This document shows, in pieces, positions 52,001 to 61,388 of a stretch of 64,000 bases of DNA. The stretch's first letter is position 1. The number at the start of each line of letters is the position of its first letter. A model generated the notes under the pieces. The model was not told the origin of the DNA and made no database searches. It saw only the letters and a list, made by a program, of their open reading frames with translations. This DNA is from Tubulanus polymorphus (Eukaryota > Animalia > Nemertea), in NCBI RefSeq assembly GCF_964204645.1, contig NC_134028.1, positions 13,709,653-13,773,652 of the forward strand, written 5' to 3'. The position numbers were made by a program, and so were the translations under genes.

Positions 52001-53762
52001 CCTGGTACCAAATTTTTTATCTTAAGCTAAGCAATATTCTAAGGTATGCTTTCATTGAAGGTATGATTTCATTAGAATTTAAAGCAATGGAACCAGAATT
52101 CAAGCCCGAGTTAAGCGAACTATTGATTCTGATATAATGTAAGAACTGATTTCTTTTGTGTACTCTTGCAGAATGTGTTAAGTATTATTTTAAGCTGTTA
52201 AATAATATAATTAGACAAACGTCAAATTATTGGATCTTTCTTGTTGACTCGTTTAATTTTGTGAGTTTAGAGTTCCAGTCAATCCACAATGTGCAGTGCC
52301 TAGCCTTCATCTAGTACTAAAGCCAAGCTTGTGTATGGGAAAATATCGTTCGACTCCTATAGGCCAGACAAATCAAAGCATGCAATACATTGCAGATAAT
52401 AGTCTCCGGCAAGTCGAAAGAGAAAGTAAACCAGGTTTTACCCCATACCCTACCGGGGAACAAAGACACTTAAAGACTCCTTCCTCCTGGTAGAAATTGT
52501 TGAAATATGGCACCCAATCGTAGCAATGCTAAGTACAGTATACTATGACGGTTGAACCTTTATTAACGAATTTCAATGACACCGAAAATAGAATCAAAAT
52601 AATCATTAGTTCCATGCTAGCACTTAATTTGGGTTATCAGGTTCAGCCTAACTGTACTTTCATTCAGCTACTACTTGTATGAGACTTGGCAATGATAAGT
52701 TGCAAGAAATCACTAAACATAAGAAAAAATATTGTGAATTAATATTTAACTGTAATTAAGAATTTATTCAAATGAAGTGATAACTTCATTGTTAGATCGT
52801 ACCGGTATATGCACATAAAACTATGGCGAAAAACACATCTAACAATCCACGCAATCCGCAATCGATCAAGTCGATCATGACGACGACCTTAAGGCATGTC
52901 TTTGTAACCGAAGGAAGAGCATAAAACACGGTTCAGGACTCGTCATCGGACACCGGCCAAGAATGATTTTCAAAACGTGTATTGTCGGTACCTAGCACGA
53001 TTTCAGCGTTTTTCGGGAATTCCCTGAAATTTCGGCGTTTTTCGGAAATTCCCTGAAATTTCAGCGTTTTTATTTCAGCGTTTCAGCTTTTCAGTGTTTC
53101 AGCTTTTTCAGCGAAGTTCAGGAACCGCATAACTCATATGTATTTTTTTTAAACCCCACTAAATTTTAGGTGGCCAGAAAATTGCAAGTCGTCTGATCAA
53201 GCAGCGGAAGCGGGTTGTGAAAAGTATAAAAAAGGCCATTAACTTGTACAATTGTCTGACTGCGGATATCAACAGAATTAGTTCTAAAGATGCGCTGAAT
53301 CTCGAAAGCACAATTTACCAGCCATTGTCTAACGAGGTTGGTCTTTATTTTTCTCGGTGGAGCTTGCTACTAAATTTTTCTCGTATTTGATTTCCTGTCT
53401 TGTTCTTCCTTTAGATGTCAGCTTTAACTACAATGCAACGTAAAGCCTTAGGCAGTTCGTTTACTCTGAAAAGGTCGATAGAAGAAAAGTAAATGGTTCA
53501 GGTTGAACTTTCTCATGTGATACAGAATTTAGAGATTCAACGAGCTGATCTTCTTGCTGCCAGGGAAGATGACGATGCAGATCTGGGACTTAAGAGTTTG
53601 ATATATGAAAAACTGAAGTTCCTTCATAAACGAATTTCCTCGTGTCAAGAAATATACTCAAATTTAGTGGAAAAACAAACTGCTGAACCGGAAGATTCCA
53701 ATTCCGCACTGTATACTTTTGATTCTGATGATCAAGAGTCTGACACAGAAGTAGTTGTTTAA
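46024..53762 (+). pseudogene. Intron-rich KDZ (Kyakuja-Dileera-Zisupton) transposase with N-terminal CxC domain
   Basis: GT-AG exons encode CDDC..YCLEC...H..LPFH..W, LWPASP, DANFGL, GVMGLACSRH..GER, YDIAC, IPLFHCYGHQANCQ and GLTDGETMERFWS. In-frame stops at ~46281 and ~53490 and a frameshift at ~47620. A first exon may lie near 45054. Confidence 0.85.
50755..53127. mobile_element. Non-autonomous TIR DNA transposon (MULE-like) with 10-bp TSD, in a KDZ intron
   Basis: About 230-bp TIRs CGGTTCCTGAA.../...TTCAGGAACCG with internal CTGAAA repeats. TSD CATAACTCAT at 50745-50754 and 53128-53137. Confidence 0.9.
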
Positions 53763-54599
53763 TTTTGAATTTAGGCCACACAAATTTGGAATTTAGGCCA
53801 CAGAAAAGAAAACTCTGTTTCTCGCGCCCGACTGACCCGATATTTCGTCGTTTCAAATAATCATTTTCAGAATAAGATATAATTGCCTATCGACCCTTTT
53901 TCAAAATTCTGGGTAAAATAACTTTTTTCAAAAATATATTTGGCTACCAAACTCCTTTCTCGTAAATTTAAAAAAAAAAATCAAATCGTTATATCGGCAC
54001 TGAGATCATTATCAAAAAATATTTTAATACATCGGATTTAACAAATTTGATTGGAAATGGTGCAGCCATGCTCAGACAACTTTGCTAATCGGACATTGAT
54101 GGCGACCTTGGATTGTAAAATTAAAATTCCCGGAATTCCGTGAAATATATTCAAAATATAATCTTTTATAGGTAATTGTACAAACACCTCAATTTCCTTT
54201 TATTATTGTGGTCTACTAGCTGTTGATCATATTCCTGACTAAAAATTTGAACTTTTTGAGGGAAATTTTGAAGACGCTTTGATCAATTACCTTGATCTTT
54301 CGGATGTATGTGTATCTTCCCACGGCCCATCAGCATAACAAAAATTGGGTTGATCGGACTCAAGATGGCCGTCCTATGACCTTTTTAGTGCCCAAAAATG
54401 TAAATTTTGGCCCAAATTCTGAGTCCTGTAGCTTCCTACTGGTTTGCCATTTCTCAATTTGCAATTTGTGATGGGTATTCTTTGGAAAGGGATGTCTTAA
54501 AACCTGAGACAGGTATTTTTCATCAGCCAATTATGGCGCAATTGGCAGCCATCTTGGTGTCACTAGTACTCATTTGTAAGTGGGAAAACGTTTTTCCAC

Positions 54600-55200
54600 A
54601 TTATATTGATACCTAAGCGTATTTTGATACCACAATCAATTAGAAAGTTGTAGCTCATAACGTGTTCTATGATTGTGGTGAGTTTCAAGGTCATTGGATT
54701 TTGTCAATGACCACCAGGGGGCGTTGAATAATACAATATCTTAGCATTTCTTTATTATATTCGTACCTATGCATATTTTGTAACCACAATCAATTGGTAA
54801 GTTGTAGCTCATGACATCATCTATGATTGTTGAGAGCTTTAAGGACATTAGTTATTCTATATGGTCAGCAGGGGGCGTTGAATAGTAGAATAACTTAGTA
54901 TTTCCTTATTATATTGGTACCTAGGCGTATTTTGTTATCATGATCAATTGCAAAGTTGTAGTTCATGACATGTTCTATGATTGTGGTGAGTTTCGAGGTC
55001 ATTGGGTTTTGAATATAATCACCAGGGGGCGTTTAATAGTAGAATAACTTAGTATTTCCATATTAGATTGGTAACGAGGCATATTTAGTTATCACAATCA
55101 ATTACAAAATTGTAGCTGCTGACATGTTCTATGATTGTGATGAGTTTCAAGGTCATTGTTTTTTGTATATGGTCACCAGGGGGCGTTGAATATTGAAATT
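54600..55200. repeat. ~154-bp tandem satellite (~4 units), core of a HINE-like element
   Basis: Units start at ~54611, 54765, 54919 and 55073. Each carries GTAGCTCATGAC...CACCAGGGGGCGTTGAAT or a close variant. Confidence 0.9.
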
Positions 55201-55800
55201 GTTTGATTGTTGAGCATTTGGAACCACTTCCCAAGTGGGCATGGTGTCCCTGGACCCCTAGTTATCAATCTCTGTTCATCCACTACTGTTCCCCTATGAA
55301 TTTGGAACAATATTTTTGCAAATATGTCCTGGCCAGCTACAGTATTGATTTCTTTTCAATGGAAATTATAAATTATATCAAATGAGTTTTTAAGTATTTT
55401 TCTGAATTTTTGCATCAAATTATTGAATAAAAAACTCATGTACATCAGATTTTATTAACATAGAGTAAAATTTATAATAATTTATATTGTGATATATTTT
55501 GGCTAGAAATGCGATGTTTGTTTTTATTAGTCTATGCCTGTATGCGTGGTATGCTAGTGTAATGATATATGAATATTTATATAATATGTGTATGTGTGTA
55601 ATTATCATGTTCATGAATAAATAGATATGTGGCGCTAAACGTTCATTTGTCATTCACAATACATTGAAGATGATTTCGTTGTTCGTTATTTCTTTGAATA
55701 TAATACTTGGATGAGCCGGCTAGATCTATTTTGTGGTATTTTGGATTTAAAATGATCTTCAAACACCAGGAGGCCCGTAGAGTCGAACAACAACAACAAC

Positions 55801-56357
55801 AACAATGAGAAATTGATCGAAACTTCTATTTCACGATTAATATAGTCGAAAAATGTGGATATTGAGGATTGTTCAATGTTTTCTGTCTGCTTGGTCGTTC
55901 TTGTCTCAGTATGTTTCAGGTGAATTGCGAATGTGGTTATATATTAGCAGTTGCGCGTTTCTGATATCGTCGTTCAAACAAGAACGACCAACAATGAGAA
56001 ATTGATCGAAACTTCTATTTCACGATAAATATAGTCGAAAAATGTGGATATTGATGATTGTTTAATGTTTCCTGCCTGCTTGGTCGTTCTTGTCTCAGTA
56101 TGTTTCTGGTGAATTGCGAATGTGGTTATATATTAGCAGTTGCGCGTTTCTGATATCGTCGTTCAAACAAGAACGACCAACAATGAGAACTTGATCGAAA
56201 CTTCTATTTCACGCTTAATATAGTCGAAAAATGTGGATATTGATGATTGTTTAATGTTTTCTGCATGTTCTCTCAGTATGTTTCAGGTGAATTGCGAATG
56301 TGGTTATATATTAGCAGTTGCGCGTTTCTGATATCGTCGTTCAAATAAGAACGACCA
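55801..56357. repeat. ~189-bp tandem repeat, 3 units
   Basis: AACAATGAGAA(A/C)TTGATCGAAACTTCTATTTCACG recurs at 55801, 55990 and 56179. Confidence 0.95.
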
Positions 56358-56637
56358 TTATAATTACTATAATAATCGTGGTGACGTACTTGCTTCGTAT
56401 TTTGTTTTAAACTTCATCAAGTGTTTGAAGCGATGACGTATGTGAAATACAATGATTTTGATTATAATCTAAAATCGTACGGTCCAGGCAATGCGCATGC
56501 GCATGCACAACACGGGTGCGTCAAGAGTAACATCTAACATCAGCTTTCTTTTATCATACTCGAAGCGACGATACGATCCAATTCTTTTCTTTCTATACAT
56601 TATATCAATTATATCAACCGAACGCGTCAGTATCGTG

Positions 56638-58136
56638 ATGGCTGAATGTCTAGGCGTGGATCTGGATGCAAGTAGCGATATTAGTGGAATATAACCATTC
56701 AATGTAAGTGATGAAGAAGATAGTGACAAAGAACAAGGCCGGCAGAAAGTCGGCAGTGAAACCCCGATCCTCGGTACGCCCGTTGAAACAGATGGGCTCC
56801 GACTCAACAACCAGTACCCGGCCAACAAGCTTACTGGAGCTGCTGTAAAAGGTACATACCGTAATTGTTTAAATTTATATACTGTCAAGGCATAGCTGTA
56901 GGACTTGGTATTAGCTGATCTGATGCCAATGATAAGTAAGAAACCTCTTTATTTACTTCGCACAGAGTCAGAGAGAATACGAGTGGGATTTGCGTATGTT
57001 CGTAAGTTTCCTCCCAGATGTATGGGGGGGATGAATGTAGCGGAAAATACACAGGCCCAAAAACAGATCTGTGGACTACATGATATTCCACCAACATGCC
57101 CCTATGGAAGTGGGGACCTGGTCGTTGAAATACACGGAAATGGCTATGGTTATTTGTAAGTATGGTCTATAAATCCTCTTATAAACCAAAATTCTTATCT
57201 TACCTGTACTAAACTATCTTCTAATTGAATATCTTTCTTTTCAGCTTTTATACTCATGAATTTCAAGAATTTCTTCCCTCCTGCCCAATTATTAGCGAAA
57301 TTGATACGATTAGACGCGTGGAAGCTCTGCGGTTAAAGTATGGTGGAGCATTGCCAATTGGGCCATGGCCAATGGAGGAAGTTAAAGAACATGCAAAATC
57401 GATTATACCATTGTTTATGGAAAAAAAAGCGATTGGACTTAAGCCCTCTCTAAATATTGGACTTCATTTCCTCGCATCGAAGTATGATTCGATTAGTTTT
57501 GAACAACAGTGGAATATTCATGTCGACCAATTAAAAAAGCTCAAGCAGCAACAGGACATCGAAGAAAATGTATCTGTAAAACGTGTTGATGTTACGACAA
57601 CTTTGTCCAGGCGTAAAAGTAATAGACGTCGTGTTGTTTCCGTTCTAAAAAGTGACGATAGCGAAAAGAACCAAGACTCGTCATCAGTTATTGCGCCCGA
57701 TACAGCTAGAGTATTATGTAAAAAAGTAGACAGTGGATATGAATGTTCGGTGTGCGGCAGAATTTTTGGCAATAAATCAAATTTTAATCGTCATTCAAGA
57801 ATACATTGCAAAGAACTGAAATTTTCATGCAAGATATGCGGTAAAAGCTTTACCGATAGGAGCAATTTGAACGTTCATGTTAAAAGACATGTGCCAAAAG
57901 GACAATATGCTTGCAATATTTGTGGATTAAGATTTATGTCTAGAGGGAACCTGACTGACCATAAAAAGCGTCACACTTCTGAAAAAGTTGTTATTGCTGA
58001 TCGATGTATTTTGCCTTACTGCAAAAAGTATGGTGAAAAATTTAAAGATCTCCTTCAGCATGCTCGACAAATGCATAAACTAGATACGATATGTGCCTAT
58101 AACGAAGCGGTTAAAAAAGTATTGACAAAAAATTAG
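56638..58136 (+). CDS. Spliced C2H2 zinc-finger protein gene (last exon 57245-58136; upstream exons degraded)
   Basis: Three canonical fingers (YECSVC..H...H, FSCKIC..H...H, YACNIC..H...H) plus a degenerate fourth. AG acceptor at ~57244; upstream GT donors at ~56852 and ~57156. Confidence 0.75.
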
Positions 58137-58185
58137 GTAGTTCGAGTACCACCACAAATTGCCATTGTCCGAAGCATGATATCTG

Positions 58186-58590
58186 AGTAATAGGGGTAAT
58201 AGGCTTTCATACCAAAGGTCGAACGGTCGAGCCCATTAAAAAACAAAATATTAAAAGTAATTAAAAACTATAATATATTTTCATAACCGCGTGCATTTTA
58301 TATCAAAACTAAATATTTATTCTAAGATATCAATAATATAAAAAGCATATTGTATTAAATCAATTGGTCGCTCCGCTTCGCCACCGCTCCGCTCCGCGAC
58401 CAATTGATTTAATTACAATACACAAATTCAAATAATCAAATATATTCAAATGATAATAATTATTCTATTATTCAACTGAAATGCACGCGGTTATGAAAAT
58501 ATATTATAGTTTTTTAATTACTTTTAATATATGTTATTAATGAACTCGATCATTAAACCTTTGATATGAAAGCCTATTACCCCTATTACT
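58186..58590. repeat. 405-bp terminal imperfect hairpin with GC-rich apical loop
   Basis: Outer arms 58186-58298 / 58479-58590. Inner stem 58348-58371 / 58396-58420. Loop TCCGCTTCGCCACCGCTCCGCTCC. Confidence 0.92.
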
Positions 58591-58672
58591 CTTAAAATAT
58601 TCATATATATATGAATAACATTTAAATCATTGGACTTCTAAAATCAATTTTAATAAAAAATATAGTATTAAA

Positions 58673-58924
58673 ATGGAAGCAAATAAGTATTACTGCCCAA
58701 CATGTAATATCGATATAGATAAATCCCAAAAAGCAAAACACAATAAAACTAGAACACATTTAGAGAATAAATTGAAACTAGAATATTTACAGTTATATTC
58801 AGAACAGTTAACAAAGGGAAAGAAATTTATTGAATTATGGAATAATGATCCAAATAATGAACAATACGTTGAGGAATTTATTATCAAGGAATCGAAAGAA
58901 CTTATCAAAAGCAGCGAGGAATGA
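58673..58924 (+). CDS. Chimeric 83-aa ORF: PolB-like N-terminal zinc finger fused to an HNH-protein-like C-terminus
   Basis: YCPTCNIDIDKSQKAKHNKTRTHLENKLKLEY matches the PolB N-terminus (39412). LQLYSEQLTKGKKFIELWN matches the HNH C-terminus LQLYLDQLDKAKTFVELWN. Confidence 0.7.
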   Translation: MEANKYYCPTCNIDIDKSQKAKHNKTRTHLENKLKLEYLQLYSEQLTKGKKFIELWNNDPNNEQYVEEFIIKESKELIKSSEE

Positions 58925-58996
58925 AAAAGGATGACGTTGGTCGAAGAAATGGAAGAGGATTCTAAAATTATACGTATAAAAAAATACGTATAATAA

Positions 58997-59665
58997 ATGG
59001 AACCAGAACAACCACAAATTATCAATATTACAAATAACACTGGTGTTATAAACATATACTACAAGAAGTGTTCTAAATGTGAATTAGATAAATTAGCTTT
59101 AACAGAATTTAGTAAGCGTAAGATTAGCAAAGATGGTTTTCAATATTGCTGTAAAACTTGTTTTAAACTATATACCAAACAATACCGAGAAGATAATAGA
59201 GAAGCTTATAATGATTATATGACAGAATATATGAGAGAAAGATATCAAACAGATCTTAATTTTAGATTGAAACAATGCTTAAGGACCAGATTAACACAAT
59301 TATTCAACAAAGAAACACATTCAGAAACACTATCTAATCTATTGGGTTGTTCAGATGAATTTCTCAAATCATGGATAATATATCAATTCGACGATAAAAT
59401 GAATATAGATAATTATGGTGAATACTTTCATATTGATCATGTGTTGCCGATTTCTAAATTTGACATGAATGATGAATACAATAAAAAACTTATTTGGAAT
59501 TGGAAGAATCTAAGACCTTTAGAAAAGAAGGAAAACATTATTAAATCCAATAAACTAGATTTACAGTTATATTTAGATCAACTGGATAAAGCAAAGACAT
59601 TTGTTGAATTATGGAATAGTATTTCACAGAATCAACCGCATTCTGAGGTTTTGATCAGTGGTTAG
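58997..59665 (+). CDS. HNH endonuclease with N-terminal C4 zinc ribbon (intact, 222 aa)
   Basis: KKCSKC...DGFQYCCKTC, LLGCS, NYGEYFHIDHVLP, NWKNLRPLEKKENIIKSNK. Confidence 0.85.
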   Translation: MEPEQPQIINITNNTGVINIYYKKCSKCELDKLALTEFSKRKISKDGFQYCCKTCFKLYTKQYREDNREAYNDYMTEYMRERYQTDLNFRLKQCLRTRLTQLFNKETHSETLSNLLGCSDEFLKSWIIYQFDDKMNIDNYGEYFHIDHVLPISKFDMNDEYNKKLIWNWKNLRPLEKKENIIKSNKLDLQLYLDQLDKAKTFVELWNSISQNQPHSEVLISG

Positions 59666-60014
59666 AAAGCTGGTAATTCTATTTGAGCTTTGTATGTATA
59701 TAATACATAGCTTTTGCTTACTACTAAAACATATGTTGCCAAATATATCTTGTTTTCAATTCTAGAGGAATTAATTAACTTCATCATAAAGAACATCTGT
59801 GCAGAAGTAATTAGTTTGGTCGAACGTGCGCCACGTCGGCAGTTAGAAATCAACTTTCACATACATAGTACGTATTGGATATTCTCTCTCAAAACACAGT
59901 TTACAGTTCTAAATCTAAATGTAAGTACCGTTTTTTTTAGTTATTATGAAGTAGGGAAACCTTTAAACATATTTAAGTATAGTAATTCATTTTCACGACA
60001 TCTTTTAGATTAAA

Positions 60015-60474
60015 ATGGAATACAGAGATCAACCAGAAATTCCAAGTCAACCATCGGAAGAGGAACCAGAAACGATGGATAGTGAAACACAGGAATCAAT
60101 AGAAATGGAGGATGAAACTCTCGTAATTGACGAACAAACTTCACAAAATTTTAAGAACATTTGGACTATCATCAAGACATGGTGAAAACTCTGAGTGATG
60201 TAATACATAATAAACAATTACCGCGCGAACTACAATTACCAAAATTACCAGCAACGCGACTCAAATTGCTGTTGGGGCTCAAAGAATCGAAAACTAAGAA
60301 AATGAGTGGAGATATCAGTGCCGGTTTTGAAAGAAAAGAGTAGGTAGATTAATAAAATATGAAAAATTCAAAATATTAGGATTAGCATTTAGTGAAGTAG
60401 TCAGATATTTACTAGAAATTGAAGAAATGATTGGAAACAATCCAGTAATTAAAGAAATCTGGACAAAATTATAA
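60015..60474 (+). pseudogene. Internally deleted homolog of the 22789-23528 gene
   Basis: LPKLPATRLKLLLGLKE, ISAGFERK, KFKILGLAF, IKEIW. Confidence 0.7.
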
Positions 60475-60548
60475 ATTATAACACTGAAGTTCTTTGTAAT
60501 ATAGATATCAAAAATGTAATCTCGATTGTATATATCTGTTTTAATATT

Positions 60549-60903
60549 GTATTGATTACTGTTAACTGTGTATTGCGCAATAACCGGTCCGATTGAACCG
60601 CTTTTCTATTGTTCTCCATTGTTCTATTATTGATCGTTGTTAATGGCGGCGGTTGTTCTGTATTGATTGTTTACTGTTAACTAAGTGTTGCGCAATAACC
60701 GGTCCGATTGGACCGCATTTCTATTGTTCTCCATTGTTCTACTATTGATCGTTGTTGATTGAAACAGCTGCTCAATATTGATTGGTTACAATTCTATGTT
60801 TGAATGTTGTAGTTTACAGAATAAAAATATAACTGTGTATTGCGCAATAACCGGTCCGATTGAACCGCTTTTCTATTGTTCTCCATTGTTCTATTATTGA
60901 TCG
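60549..60903. repeat. Tandem palindromic repeat array (3 units) in the viral intergenic region
   Basis: TATTGCGCAATA + CGGTCC-GATT-G(G/A)ACCG + T-rich tail. Related units occur at 4190-4385 in copy A. Confidence 0.85.
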
Positions 60904-61388
60904 CTAAAATTTACATAATAAATATATGTGTTCATGAAATAGTAATTCCACCAGTCGTTTCTTTGAATTTATTTTCAGTTGAGGATTTGATATCGAGGAT
61001 CCGAAATGACTTATCTGGACAGTTATAATTACTGCTCCTAATAGATAGACAATAGTAGTGAGATATTAAATCCTAATTCAAATAAAATATAATAAAAAAA
61101 CAATAACTTCAACTAGCTAGTGAATTCTATTATATTTTTAATACTTTCTTTTCAAAAAGAATACTTTATATTTTGAATAGATTCAAATAGAAATTCTTTA
61201 AATTCAAATAGCTAGTATCAGTAGTCAATACTAGAATTCTTTAGCTTTAACTAGCTAGTATCATTTGAAGAATACTTATAATATTTTTTTTGCTTTTTTT
61301 CTCTAATATAAATGTCAAAGAAATCTAATAAGAATAGTATTGATATTGAAAAGACATTAGATGATTTGGGTATAAGTGATAATAAAGA

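Larger units (their letters stand above)
58186..61388 (+). mobile_element. Polinton-like virus copy C, left end (interrupted by a PLE)
   Basis: Starts AGTAATAGGGG like copy B. HNH, DUF3102-like gene, conserved noncoding block and the MSKKSNKN gene start (61312) occur in the same order as in copy B. Confidence 0.9.

Noticed and set aside
55801-56357. Possible CRISPR array
   Set aside because: The ~189-bp units repeat along their whole length with no unique spacers. The context is eukaryotic and has no cas genes.
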